A stretch of 64,000 nucleotides of DNA. It comes from Oceanispirochaeta sp. (GTDB lineage: Bacteria; Spirochaetota; Spirochaetia; DSM-2461). Within the stretch, counting starts at the first letter, position 1, and every line of letters begins with the position of its first letter. Both the position numbers and the translations under genes were made by a program. Below are positions 19,428-29,639 of the stretch, piece by piece. The notes beneath the pieces are model-generated. The model did not search any database. It had not been told where the DNA came from and was given only the letters and a program-made list of their open reading frames with translations. The stretch lies in NCBI GenBank assembly GCA_963663385.2, contig CAXXXD010000002.1, positions 736,001 through 800,000 on the forward strand, in the 5' to 3' direction.

Positions 19428-20901
19428 TTCCCTGCGGTTCCGGATCCTTTTCTACTTCTCCCTCAGTCTGCTGGTTACGGTTGTGGCTCTGGGTTTTATT
19501 ATGGTTTTGTCCAGCCGGCTGCAGAATATGGCAAACCGGCAGTTTGATGATGAACTGCAGCTGCAGGAGATCCAGATGGAGCTGACTGAAATACAGGAGC
19601 CTCTTCTGGAATTCCTTTCAACCCGATCCTCCGCTTCTCTGTCCGAGTTGCTGATCCTGACACAGAATCTGAAAAGTGAGCTGTATGAGCAGCGTCCCAA
19701 ATCCAGGGATATGGTTAAACAGATTAAACGGGAAGTTTTTTTTCTGATTGAAGCCTATCTGGATCAGATAGACCGGATTATTGAACTGAAACGGGGCAGG
19801 AATATTCAGGCCTATACGCTTCAGTATGAACAGATGCAGTCTCTTCTGGATTATATCAATGACAGAATAGATTATGCCTGTCTTCAGGGATTCCGGCAGG
19901 GGATTATCGATTACCAGGACTTTATCAAACTGTTCAGAAAGATGCACATCTATATTTTCATTTTGATGCTGCTGGGAGCAAGTTTCGCTTTTTCATTAAT
20001 CGTACTGAATATGGAGCGTATAACAGGTCCCCTCTATCTGCTTTCCGAACTGGCGGGCAAGCTCTCCAAAGGAGATTTTACGCCGGCCGATATCCATCTG
20101 AACAGTGTGAACGAGGTTAATCAGGTAGCCGAAGCGTTTAATGATATGAAGCAGAATCTCCATCACTATATCCGTGAACTGCAGAAACAGAAACAGGTGG
20201 AGCAGGATATCATGAATGAACGCATCCGGAATATGAATATGGAACAGATGCTCAAGCGCATGGAGCTTTATACCATGCAGGCCCAGATGAATCCTCACTT
20301 CCTGTTCAATACCCTGAATACGGGGGTTCAGCTGGCCATCATTGAAGATGCGGACAGAACGGCAGAATTTATGGAGAATCTGGCAAACCTTTTCAGGCAT
20401 AATCTGAAGGATCGTCAGTTTTTTATCCCCCTCCGTCATGAAGTAAACGGTCTGGAATCCTATCTGGATATTCTCAAAATCCGTTTTCCTAAAACAAGGC
20501 AATTTGATCTGAATGTGGATACCGATCTGCTGGATGATTATCAGGTCCCTGCCATGGTAATACAGCCTCTTGTGGAGAATTCCGTCCTTCACGCCTTCAA
20601 GGAGAATCCCGATATGGGGACAGTGTCAGTGGGAATCACTTATGAAGCGCCCCACATCGTGATATCTGTTAAGGATAACGGTTCCGGGATTCCCGCTGAA
20701 ACTGTAAAAAAACTCCTCATACCCCATACGGGGGAATACAGTATTTCCTCCAGGGTGATGGGGCTGGAAAATGTTATTCAGCGCTGCTATTTTTTCTACC
20801 CCCATGAGCGGGATGTGATAGCAATCAGGACTGCTCCCGGGGAGGGAACAGAAATCCTTATCCGAATTAACACTGAGGCTGAACCATGTATAAGATTATG
20901 A
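19417..20901 (+). CDS. YesM/LytS-type sensor histidine kinase
   Basis: 2 TM, HAMP, QAQMNPHFLFNTLN, QPLVENS, DNGSG, MGLENV. Confidence 0.92.
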   Translation: MRSNSLRFRILFYFSLSLLVTVVALGFIMVLSSRLQNMANRQFDDELQLQEIQMELTEIQEPLLEFLSTRSSASLSELLILTQNLKSELYEQRPKSRDMVKQIKREVFFLIEAYLDQIDRIIELKRGRNIQAYTLQYEQMQSLLDYINDRIDYACLQGFRQGIIDYQDFIKLFRKMHIYIFILMLLGASFAFSLIVLNMERITGPLYLLSELAGKLSKGDFTPADIHLNSVNEVNQVAEAFNDMKQNLHHYIRELQKQKQVEQDIMNERIRNMNMEQMLKRMELYTMQAQMNPHFLFNTLNTGVQLAIIEDADRTAEFMENLANLFRHNLKDRQFFIPLRHEVNGLESYLDILKIRFPKTRQFDLNVDTDLLDDYQVPAMVIQPLVENSVLHAFKENPDMGTVSVGITYEAPHIVISVKDNGSGIPAETVKKLLIPHTGEYSISSRVMGLENVIQRCYFFYPHERDVIAIRTAPGEGTEILIRINTEAEPCIRL

Positions 20902-22352
20902 TTGCAGATGATGAAGAGCCGGTTCTGGAGAGTTTCTCCCTTATTATCAACCGGGATGTGAAGCAGTTTGAACTTTGCGCGGCGGCCAGGTCCGGGTATG
21001 AAGCCATAGAACTGTTTGATGATTTAAAACCGGATGTTGTGTTTATGGACATTCAGATGCCCGGTATTGACGGTATAGAGACTATCCGCCGGATAAGGCA
21101 GGACTATCCGGGAACGGTCTTTATTCTGGCTACAGCGTTTGAGCGCTTCGATATAGCCAAAAAGGCTATCAGCCTTGGGATCTTCAGCTATCTTGTCAAA
21201 CCGATTTCCAGACGGACTTTTCTGGAAGAACTGGATAAGGTCCATCAGTATCTGGACAAGCGGAAGGAGCGCCGCTCAAGATCCTTCTCTCTGGAGCAGG
21301 ATAATTCCAGGGACCGGGAGAGGCTTGAACAACGTTATCTGACCCGCCTTTCCCGGGGGGAGCTGGAAAAGGAGGAGTGGCAGGCTTTTGAGGCCTTCGG
21401 CAGATTTCAGACAGACCGGGCGGCCTTCTTTATAATTGGAAACTGGCAGGAGGGCATGGATGATCTGAAAAATCGGCTTAACTACCGTTATCTCTGTTTC
21501 AGCGCCCGGATGGGGAATCGCCTGCTGCTCCTTTTTCCGGAGATACAGGAACTTTCCGGGGTTTATCAGACTGTGCTTGAATGCCTTGCTGATCTCTCCG
21601 GCAGGGATGATCCAGAAGCCTTTACTGTAGGCTGCGGCGGAATCTACTCTTTTCAGGAACTGTCCCACTCCTACAGGGAGGCCCTGGAGCCATTCCTGAC
21701 TGATTGGGACAACAGCGCAAAGGAGTGGGAACGGGAGCAGCTCCTCTTATTGAGAGGGTATCTGAAACGGGGCGAGAGAATGGAGTTTACCGAGTGCTTC
21801 AAGGATTTTTACAACCATCAGTTCTCTCACTGCAGTTTTGATCTTGCCAGAGGAAAGATGATAGAAGCTTTTACCCTTTTCAGGGAAACCATGGACTGGT
21901 ATGTTCCGGGGGATCATTATCTGGACGAGTTTTCTGCGGTAGAAGAGATTGCCCTGTTGAATAACGAGAAAGAGTGGGAGCTCTGGTGGCCATCCGGAAT
22001 CAGCCGTATTCTGGCTGATATAAAAGAGACGAAAGGGGAACCTCTGCCCCAGCCTCTGGAAAAAGCCATATCCTATATTCAGGAAAACTATCAGGAGCCC
22101 ATCTATCTGGGATCCGTAGCAGAAGCATGCCAGGTCTCAACGGGGTATCTGAGCCGACTGTTCTCTGAGCATCTGGAGACAACCTTTGTAAACTATCTCA
22201 ACTCTCTGAGAACAGACAAGGCTCTGGAACTGCTAAAAAGAGGGGATCTGAATATTAAGGAGATAGCCTTCAGGACCGGGTATCAGGACCCCAATTACTT
22301 CAGCCGGATTTTTCGAAAATTTAAGGGGTGTTCTCCTTCGGAAGTGTGTTAA
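20886..22352 (+). CDS. YesN-type response regulator (REC + AraC HTH)
   Basis: ADDE, DIQMPGIDG, YLVKP; YLSRLF, GYQDPNYFSRIFRK. Confidence 0.92.
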   Translation: MYKIMIADDEEPVLESFSLIINRDVKQFELCAAARSGYEAIELFDDLKPDVVFMDIQMPGIDGIETIRRIRQDYPGTVFILATAFERFDIAKKAISLGIFSYLVKPISRRTFLEELDKVHQYLDKRKERRSRSFSLEQDNSRDRERLEQRYLTRLSRGELEKEEWQAFEAFGRFQTDRAAFFIIGNWQEGMDDLKNRLNYRYLCFSARMGNRLLLLFPEIQELSGVYQTVLECLADLSGRDDPEAFTVGCGGIYSFQELSHSYREALEPFLTDWDNSAKEWEREQLLLLRGYLKRGERMEFTECFKDFYNHQFSHCSFDLARGKMIEAFTLFRETMDWYVPGDHYLDEFSAVEEIALLNNEKEWELWWPSGISRILADIKETKGEPLPQPLEKAISYIQENYQEPIYLGSVAEACQVSTGYLSRLFSEHLETTFVNYLNSLRTDKALELLKRGDLNIKEIAFRTGYQDPNYFSRIFRKFKGCSPSEVC

Positions 22353-22410
22353 AATCTAGGATGTTCCTGTCTGCGTAATATAATTGCAATATCATTCTTG
22401 AGGATTGTCT

Positions 22411-23460
22411 ATGAAATCAGGTAAATATCGAACTTTCTTCCGCTGCGTTCTGCTGATCCTTTTTGCTTTTATCCCCATGTCCTGTCAGAAAAGGGAAGCC
22501 GTAAAAGATGACGGTATTATCCGCATAGGATTCTCTTCCGTTTCTGATACTTTTCTGCTGGAGCGCTGGAACAGGGATCTCAAGATATTTACCAGTACCG
22601 CCCGGGATCTGGGAGCTGAACTGATTATACAGGTTGTACCGGGAAATGCCCGGGAACAGGTGGAGCAGATTCAGTATCTGATGGATCAGGATATTGATGT
22701 GCTTGTGGTGATTCCCCAGGATATGGAAATCCTGGCGGGGATCATTAAAAAAGTCCGGGACAGGGGAATTCCCATTCTTGCCTACGACCGCCCGATTATG
22801 GGGGTTCCCATTACCGGCTACGTGTCATTCGATAACCGTGAAGTGGGGCGTCTCTTCTCCAAAGCTCTGCTGCAGCAGGTTCCCCGGGGAAACTATCTTA
22901 TCGTAAACGGATCTGTTCGTGATAATAACAGTTTTGAAGTCAACCGGGGGGTATACGATATCCTTAACCCTTCCATAAATAATGGAAATGTCAGAATCGT
23001 AGAGGAGATCTGGCTGGATGAGTGGAGTTTTGACGAAGCTCTGGAGAAAATTGGAGCATTCCTCGACAGCGGAGCACATGTTGATGCCATTTCGGCCGCC
23101 AACGATCAGATTGCCGATGCTGCCATAAGGCTTCTGGCCGAACGGCAGCTTGCGGGCAGAGTTGCCGTTGTCGGGCAGGATGCGGATACGCTCGCCTGTC
23201 AGCGGGTTGTGGAAGGGACGCAGCTTATGACAGTGTACAAACCGATTCCCCGTCTGGCCATCAGAGCGGCGCATCTTGCGGTAGCCTTTGCAAAAGGGGA
23301 AATCCCCGAAGCCGACCGGACAATCGATAATAACAGTTCCGGGCCCATACCGTATTACGTGGAAATACCGATCGCCGTTTTCAAGGATCAGATGGACTCC
23401 ACTGTAATCCATGATGGTTTTCATTCACGGGAAGATGTCTACAGGAACGTTTCCGAATAA
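22411..23460 (+). CDS. XylF-like sugar-binding lipoprotein
   Basis: Lipobox-like IPMSC; ERWNRD, AYDR, SFDN, DNN, AAND, GQDAD, MTVYKP. Confidence 0.87.
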   Translation: MKSGKYRTFFRCVLLILFAFIPMSCQKREAVKDDGIIRIGFSSVSDTFLLERWNRDLKIFTSTARDLGAELIIQVVPGNAREQVEQIQYLMDQDIDVLVVIPQDMEILAGIIKKVRDRGIPILAYDRPIMGVPITGYVSFDNREVGRLFSKALLQQVPRGNYLIVNGSVRDNNSFEVNRGVYDILNPSINNGNVRIVEEIWLDEWSFDEALEKIGAFLDSGAHVDAISAANDQIADAAIRLLAERQLAGRVAVVGQDADTLACQRVVEGTQLMTVYKPIPRLAIRAAHLAVAFAKGEIPEADRTIDNNSSGPIPYYVEIPIAVFKDQMDSTVIHDGFHSREDVYRNVSE

Positions 23461-23615
23461 TACGTACAATCCTGATGTCAAAATAATCCAGATGGGCAGA
23501 AATCTCCCTGCTCCCATGTCAGAACTGAACAGTCTTTAGCATATCTTTCCTGTATCGCCGTTCATGAATGGAGATGTACAATTTTTTCAGATAATAAAAC
23601 CAAAGGAGTTTTTGA

Positions 23616-24710
23616 ATGAAAAAATCATTACTTTCAGCGGCTGCAGTTGCTGTTGTTTTCGGCGGCAGTCTTTTCGCTAACGGACAGAGCGAATCCCTCG
23701 ATATCGGTCTGGCAATGCCTGAAACTCATGTTGAGAGATGGCAGCAGGATGGTGCTTCCCTTAAAGAAGAAGCTATTGCCATGGGCTACGGGGCAGAAGT
23801 TGCTTTCGGGGATGCGGATCAGAGTAAGCAGAATCAGCAGATTGAGGACTTCATTACCAAAGGGGCCAAGCTTCTGGTTGTCGGTTCGGTTAACGAAGGT
23901 GTCGGTTCCGTAGTCGCAGATGCCGCAAGAGACGGAGTGGAAGTTATTGCCTACGACAGACTGATTACCAACTCCGGTGATTATGATTACTATATCACTT
24001 TTGACAACTTCAAAGTCGGTCAGTTTCAGGGTGAAGGCATTGTAAAAGGTCTGGACCTGGATAACGTTTCCGATAAAAAATACATAACCCTTTTTGCCGG
24101 TTCTCCCACAGATAATAACGCCAACTTCTTTTTTGACGGCGCCATGTCTGTCCTTAAACCCTATGTAGATGCGGGAAAGCTGGTTGTTGTAGGTCCCGCT
24201 CCCATGAGTTCTGCCGACAAAGCCAATTTTACCAAAATTGCAACAGAAAACTGGAGAGCCGATGTGGCCAAGGCCAGAATGGAAAACCTTTTGAACAACG
24301 ATGCAAAAGATGTTGTACTGGATGCTGTTCTTGCTCCCAACGATACCCTTGCCAGAGCCATTATCGAAGCCTGTTTAACCGATGCCAAATATGACAGCAC
24401 AGACAAACTGCCTGTTGTAACCGGTCAGGACGGTGAAGTTGCCTCTGTCAAGTTTATCCGCGACGGAAAACAGTATATGTCCGTATTCAAAGATACAAGA
24501 AGCCTGGCAAAAGCAGCTATTGAGCTGGCAGACGCAATCCTGAAAGGGGAAGAGCCCTCTATCGCAGGAGCCAGACTGGATACCACTTCCTATGATACAG
24601 GAAAGAAAGTTGTAAAATCCTACCTGCTCGAGCCCGTAATGGTTACAGCTGACAACTATAAGGAAATCTTTATCGGCAGCGGTTACTACTCTGAGGATGA
24701 TTTAAAATAA
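23616..24710 (+). CDS. ChvE/XylF-like multiple-sugar-binding protein
   Basis: GLAMP...ERWQQDG, AYDRLI, TFDNFKVG, GSPTDNNA, TGQDGE, VFKDTR; signal peptide ending ANGQSE. Confidence 0.92.
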   Translation: MKKSLLSAAAVAVVFGGSLFANGQSESLDIGLAMPETHVERWQQDGASLKEEAIAMGYGAEVAFGDADQSKQNQQIEDFITKGAKLLVVGSVNEGVGSVVADAARDGVEVIAYDRLITNSGDYDYYITFDNFKVGQFQGEGIVKGLDLDNVSDKKYITLFAGSPTDNNANFFFDGAMSVLKPYVDAGKLVVVGPAPMSSADKANFTKIATENWRADVAKARMENLLNNDAKDVVLDAVLAPNDTLARAIIEACLTDAKYDSTDKLPVVTGQDGEVASVKFIRDGKQYMSVFKDTRSLAKAAIELADAILKGEEPSIAGARLDTTSYDTGKKVVKSYLLEPVMVTADNYKEIFIGSGYYSEDDLK

Positions 24711-24732
24711 TCTCCTGAACGAATCCTTAGAT

Positions 24733-24807
24733 GTCTGCCCGGAAGGGTAGACTCAAATTCAATCGGCCGGCTTTCTGAAGACGGGTATCCGCCTTTTAAA
24801 GGCCGGC
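24733..24807 (+). terminator. Two intercistronic stem-loops after the ChvE-like gene
   Basis: GTCTGCCC-ggaa-GGGTAGAC and GCCGGCTTT...AAAGGCCGGC. Confidence 0.5.
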
Positions 24808-24824
24808 TTTATCAGGATAGTATT

Positions 24825-26351
24825 GTGAGTGAATATATATTGGAAGTTCAGAAATTAACCAAAACCTTTCCCGGGGTAAAGGCTCTGGATAATGTGAACT
24901 TCAAAGTGAAAAAAGGGGAAATCCACTGTCTCTGCGGCGAAAACGGCGCTGGAAAATCGACATTGATGAATGTGGTCAGCGGTGTTTATCCTCACGACTC
25001 CTATACCGGTAAAGTTGTATTTCACGGAAAGGAGACCAATTATAAAAGCGTCAAGGACAGTGAAAAGGACCGCCTGGCCATTATTCACCAGGAATTGGCC
25101 CTCAGTCCGTACCTGTCAATATTTGAAAATATATTTCTTGGTCATATCGAGACTAAAACAGGAATTATAAACTGGGATAAACTGATTATCGAATCCAGGC
25201 CCTACCTTAAAAGGGTCGGACTCAATGAAAATCCGGAAACCATTGTCAGTAAAATGGGAGTGGGAAAACAGCAGTTGGTGGAAATTGCCAAAGCCCTTTC
25301 GAAAAATGTGGAATTACTGATTCTGGATGAGCCTACATCATCTCTAAATGATGATGAGAGCGATAAGCTTCTCGATCTCATCCTGGATCTGAAGAAAGAG
25401 GGGATCACCTGTATCATGATCTCCCATAAATTGAATGAAGTTATGAAAGTGGCGGATACCGTTACGATTCTCCGGGACGGTCAGTCCATCTGCTCCTATG
25501 ATACCAAAGCGGATAATCTGACAGAAGATCTGATCATTCAGGGGATGGTCGGCCGGGATCTGACCCACCGTTTCCCCGAAAAAACAGCTGTTGTAGGCGA
25601 GAATGTGATGGATGTGGAAAACTGGACGGTTTTTCATCCCGAGTATCCCGACAAGGCTGTTGTCAAGGACGCCTCTTTCCATCTGAAAAAAGGGGAAATC
25701 CTTGCTTTCTGCGGACCTATGGGCGCCGGGCGTACTGAACTGATGATGAGTCTTTTCGGCAGGGCATACGGATCGTCCTGCCGCGGTGTATTGAAAATAA
25801 GGGGGGAAGAGAAACATTTCCATACTCCCATGAATGCCATTGCAGACGGACTCGGCTATGTTTCCGAAGACAGAAAAGATCTGGGGTTGATCCTTATCCA
25901 GGACGTTAAAACCAATATCTCCAATTCAAGTCTCAAAAAGTTGTCCCGATTCGGCGTCATCAACAAGAACCAGGAAATACATGAGGCGGAGAGGTATAAA
26001 AAAGCCCTGAATATAAAAACACCCAGCATAGAGCAGCTGACAAAGAACTTAAGCGGCGGAAACCAGCAGAAGGTGGTTCTGAGCCGCTGTCTGCTGGCCG
26101 ATCCGGAGATCTTTATCGTTGATGAACCGACCAGGGGAATCGATGTAGGCGCCAAGTATGAAATCTACTGCATACTGAATGAACTGGCTTCCCAGGGAAA
26201 GAGCATTATCATGATTTCTTCCGAGCTGCCGGAAGCACTGGGGATGGCAGACCGTATCTACGTAATGAACGAAGGTGAAATCAGAGGGGAGCTGAGCAGG
26301 GACGAAGCGACTCAGGAAAAAATCATGCAGATCGCCCTGCGGTCAAAGTAG
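24825..26351 (+). CDS. Multiple-monosaccharide ABC ATP-binding protein (MmsA/GguA/XylG)
   Basis: GENGAGKSTLMNVVSGVYP, IHQELAL, ISHKL, GAGRTEL, LSGGNQQKV, DEPTRGIDVGAKYEIY. Confidence 0.93.
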   Translation: MSEYILEVQKLTKTFPGVKALDNVNFKVKKGEIHCLCGENGAGKSTLMNVVSGVYPHDSYTGKVVFHGKETNYKSVKDSEKDRLAIIHQELALSPYLSIFENIFLGHIETKTGIINWDKLIIESRPYLKRVGLNENPETIVSKMGVGKQQLVEIAKALSKNVELLILDEPTSSLNDDESDKLLDLILDLKKEGITCIMISHKLNEVMKVADTVTILRDGQSICSYDTKADNLTEDLIIQGMVGRDLTHRFPEKTAVVGENVMDVENWTVFHPEYPDKAVVKDASFHLKKGEILAFCGPMGAGRTELMMSLFGRAYGSSCRGVLKIRGEEKHFHTPMNAIADGLGYVSEDRKDLGLILIQDVKTNISNSSLKKLSRFGVINKNQEIHEAERYKKALNIKTPSIEQLTKNLSGGNQQKVVLSRCLLADPEIFIVDEPTRGIDVGAKYEIYCILNELASQGKSIIMISSELPEALGMADRIYVMNEGEIRGELSRDEATQEKIMQIALRSK

Positions 26352-26362
26352 GAGAAAAGGGA

Positions 26363-27550
26363 ATGACTGAAATAAAGAATAAGGTGTCCTTCTGGGAACT
26401 TGCCAAGGGGAATATCAGAAATTACTCCATGTTTATCGTGCTGGGCCTGATAATTGCGGTTTTTGCTTTTTTAACAAATTCGGTAAATATCAATGCCCGG
26501 AACGTGACGAATATTTTTATACAGAACAGTTATATACTTGTATTGGCTGTAGGGATGGTACTGGTCATTATCATAGGGAATATTGATCTTTCCGTAGGTT
26601 CAGTGGCAGCCTTCACAGGTGCCCTGGGAGCCATGATCTACAACACCGGTATGGGGATGTTTCCGACTATCCTTTTAACAATGCTCATTGGAGGAGCTAT
26701 CGGATGTTTTATGGGCTACTTTATAGCCTTTATCAAGATACCGGCTTTTATTGTTACCCTGGCGGGAATGCTTTTTTTCAGGGGCATGACCTATATTGTC
26801 ACAAATGTTACTCCTGTTTCCCTGCGGGATGATCAGTTCAGGGAGATCGCATCCGGTTCCATTTCTTTCGATGCCCTTCAGGTGGGAGGACTCCATCTGC
26901 TGCCCCTGGTACTGGGAGTTCTGATTCTCGTTTTTTATATCATCCATGCTTCTACGGATAGAAGAAAAAAAATCAGCAATCACTTCCATGTCCTTCCTGT
27001 TCAGTATTTCATTATGAAAATAGCCTTCCTGGCACTGGTTGTTCTGGTTCTCTGCTACAAGTTTGCCGACTACAGAGGTCTTCCTACGGTTGTACTTGTG
27101 CTGGCTCTGACAGTGGCTGTTTTTGTATTTATTACAAACAGTACAATCTTCGGCCGTTATATTTATGCCGTCGGCGGAAATGCCAGATCTGCCAAGCTGT
27201 CCGGTATCAATTCGGAACAGGTAATCTTCTTTGTTCATGTCATTATGGGTGTTATGGCGGGACTTTCCGGTATTATCTTTACCGCATATATGAACTCTGC
27301 CCTGCCCCAGGCGGGCAACCTTTTTGAACTGGATGCCATTGCTTCCTGTTTTATCGGCGGAGCTTCGGCTTCCGGAGGAATCGGAACGATTATCGGCGCT
27401 ATTACGGGTGCTCTTGTTATGGGTGTCATCAATAACGGTATGTCCCTTATGAATATCGGGGCTGACTGGCAGTATGTTGTAAAAGCATCCGTACTTCTTC
27501 TGGCCGTATGGTACGATATCTATACAAGAAAGAAATCCGGTGTGGCCTGA
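26363..27550 (+). CDS. Multiple-monosaccharide ABC permease (MmsB/GguB/XylH)
   Basis: QNSYIL, IDLSVGS, IPAFIVTLAGML.FRG, FELDAIASCFIGGAS. Confidence 0.93.
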   Translation: MTEIKNKVSFWELAKGNIRNYSMFIVLGLIIAVFAFLTNSVNINARNVTNIFIQNSYILVLAVGMVLVIIIGNIDLSVGSVAAFTGALGAMIYNTGMGMFPTILLTMLIGGAIGCFMGYFIAFIKIPAFIVTLAGMLFFRGMTYIVTNVTPVSLRDDQFREIASGSISFDALQVGGLHLLPLVLGVLILVFYIIHASTDRRKKISNHFHVLPVQYFIMKIAFLALVVLVLCYKFADYRGLPTVVLVLALTVAVFVFITNSTIFGRYIYAVGGNARSAKLSGINSEQVIFFVHVIMGVMAGLSGIIFTAYMNSALPQAGNLFELDAIASCFIGGASASGGIGTIIGAITGALVMGVINNGMSLMNIGADWQYVVKASVLLLAVWYDIYTRKKSGVA

Positions 27551-27579
27551 TTCGTTTATCAGAATTTTTACCTGATTAC

Positions 27580-27607
27580 ACAGCCTGCCGTAATCCCGGC
27601 AGGCTGT
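27580..27607 (+). terminator. Terminator-like hairpin after the permease
   Basis: ACAGCCTGCCG-taatcc-CGGCAGGCTGT, a perfect 11-bp stem. Confidence 0.7.
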
Positions 27608-27738
27608 TATACTTATAGATAATTAAACGGATGCACAAAAAACATCTCTTCACTATCGTTCCTTTCTTCAATACAACCCGTTTTATTTCGCCAACCCTCT
27701 TTCTATATTGTCTGAAATCAATATAATTATAGATATAA

Positions 27739-29505
27739 ATGAAAGCAAGTTCCTTATTTTTCCTGTTAATTCTTCTCTCTTTCCTGCCCCTTTCCCTTTC
27801 CGGAAGGGGCCTGGGGGATGATTCTCTGCCTGCTGCAGAACGGGGGGGGATGGACCTGTCATCATTTCCCTGTTCTGATGAACAGAAGCCGGTACGGCTT
27901 GACGGTCTGTGGGAATTCAGATGGAATGAGTTGCTGGAACCCGGCGATTCCCGCTGGATCAGTCAGCAGGATGAGGCTGAATACTTCCCGGTACCACTGT
28001 TCTGGACGGCATACAAAGACCGGAACTATAATAAAGCGGGGCAGGGAACCTACCGCCTGACTATCATAACTTCCGGTGCATGCCGCTATTACGGGATCAG
28101 CCTGCCGGAAATTTTTTCCGAGTACAGATTCTGGGTTAACGGGGAACTTGTCGATGAGAGGTGGGGCAGGGATGGAGAGAATGTTCTCTTTTTAAGGCCA
28201 TCCACCTTTGTTGTTTATTCGGGGGAGGAGTCTCTGGAAATGATTCTTCAGGTTCGAAACAGATCGCACAGTAATGCCGGAATCGGTCAGAGTATTCTCC
28301 TGGGATCGGAACAGAGCATCCGCCGCCGCAGTCTTTTCAGTACCTCCATTGATGTGATCCTTATTGCCATATGCCTGTTCGCCGGTATGTATCACTCCAT
28401 TATTTTTATTTTCCGGAGAGAAGAGAAGGAGCTGCTGTTTTTCGGTCTGTTCTGTTTTGTTCTGGCTCTTAGAACCTTTACAACAGGCAGTACCCTGATG
28501 ATGCAGATTACACCAGACCTGCCGTTTCTGACCGGATCGCGTATTGCCACAGCCTTTATTCCATTATCCGTAATATTTTTTCAGTTGTTTTCCCATTATT
28601 TCTTCCGGAAGTATACACCTGTAAAAACGAATCTGATCCTTATAGCTTTTCAGGTCGTTTATATTGTCATGGTATTAACAACAGGCTCCCTTTTCTATTC
28701 CACCGTGTATTCCTGGTATCTTTTAACAATCATTGCGTCCTGCCTTTTCATTATAGGTGTTAATATCTATGCCATTACAAAAAAAGAGAGTTATTCTCTT
28801 TTCTTTTTTTCCGGGTTTCTTATCCTCCTGGCTGGAATAGTCAATGACATGATGCATTACCTGCAGTTTATTATCACAGGGTATTACCTTTCCGCTTTTT
28901 TCTCGGGTTTCATTCTGTTGGAATCATTAATCCTTTCCATAAAATTCTCCCGGGAACACCGGATGGTATCAGAGCTTTCGGAAAGACTGGAAAATGCTGT
29001 AAATACGGCAAATCTGGACCATCTGACCGGCATCTATAACAGGCGATACCTGGCCGTCGCAGGGACGCGGGAGCAGGAAATTGCCAAACGATACGGGCAT
29101 CCTTTTTCTCTGGTTATAATGGATATAGACCATTTTAAGCAGATCAATGATAACTTCGGACATGAGGTGGGAGATATTGTTATTATGAAGCTGGCTTCCA
29201 TCCTTTCATCCCATATAAGGGGAACCGATGTTCCCGCGCGCTTCGGAGGAGACGAATTTATACTTCTTTTACCCCAGACAAGTTGTGAAGAAGCCGTTAT
29301 GGTTGCCCGGAAGATAAGATCGATAGTAGAGGAAACGAATGTTTTTATAAATGATAATGAAAATATAAAGTTTACTGTCAGTATGGGAGTAGCCTGTTCC
29401 GGGGGGATGGGAGATGACTATGATGAAATCCTGCGGCAGGCTGATGAAATGCTATATAAATCCAAGGAAATGGGGAGAAACAGAGTTTCCTGTTCAAATA
29501 AATGA
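27739..29505 (+). CDS. 7TM-DISM-type diguanylate cyclase
   Basis: Signal peptide; extracellular LDGLWEFRWNELL..GTYRL..VNG domain; about 7 TM; DHLTGIYNRR, DIDHFK.IND.FGH..GD, RGTD I-site, RFGGDEF. Confidence 0.92.
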   Translation: MKASSLFFLLILLSFLPLSLSGRGLGDDSLPAAERGGMDLSSFPCSDEQKPVRLDGLWEFRWNELLEPGDSRWISQQDEAEYFPVPLFWTAYKDRNYNKAGQGTYRLTIITSGACRYYGISLPEIFSEYRFWVNGELVDERWGRDGENVLFLRPSTFVVYSGEESLEMILQVRNRSHSNAGIGQSILLGSEQSIRRRSLFSTSIDVILIAICLFAGMYHSIIFIFRREEKELLFFGLFCFVLALRTFTTGSTLMMQITPDLPFLTGSRIATAFIPLSVIFFQLFSHYFFRKYTPVKTNLILIAFQVVYIVMVLTTGSLFYSTVYSWYLLTIIASCLFIIGVNIYAITKKESYSLFFFSGFLILLAGIVNDMMHYLQFIITGYYLSAFFSGFILLESLILSIKFSREHRMVSELSERLENAVNTANLDHLTGIYNRRYLAVAGTREQEIAKRYGHPFSLVIMDIDHFKQINDNFGHEVGDIVIMKLASILSSHIRGTDVPARFGGDEFILLLPQTSCEEAVMVARKIRSIVEETNVFINDNENIKFTVSMGVACSGGMGDDYDEILRQADEMLYKSKEMGRNRVSCSNK

Positions 29506-29563
29506 TTCTGCCCGGGTATGCAGCTTTAACAAAATAAACCGATCACTATTAATAAATAAACAT

Positions 29564-29592
29564 TTGCCATGTTCACTTTTATCCGGTAAACT
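29564..29592 (+). promoter_or_regulatory. Candidate sigma70 promoter for the hybrid kinase
   Basis: TTGCCA-17 bp-TAAACT. Confidence 0.4.
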
Positions 29593-29639
29593 GTTCTGCA
29601 TAATCAAGGCATTGCTTACTGATAGGACTGGAACGGTAT

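Noticed and set aside
23468..23494. AATCCWGATG repeat and ATGTCAAAAT (also at 32591) as YesN sites
   Set aside because: Short, AT-rich and irregularly spaced; not enough support without comparative data.
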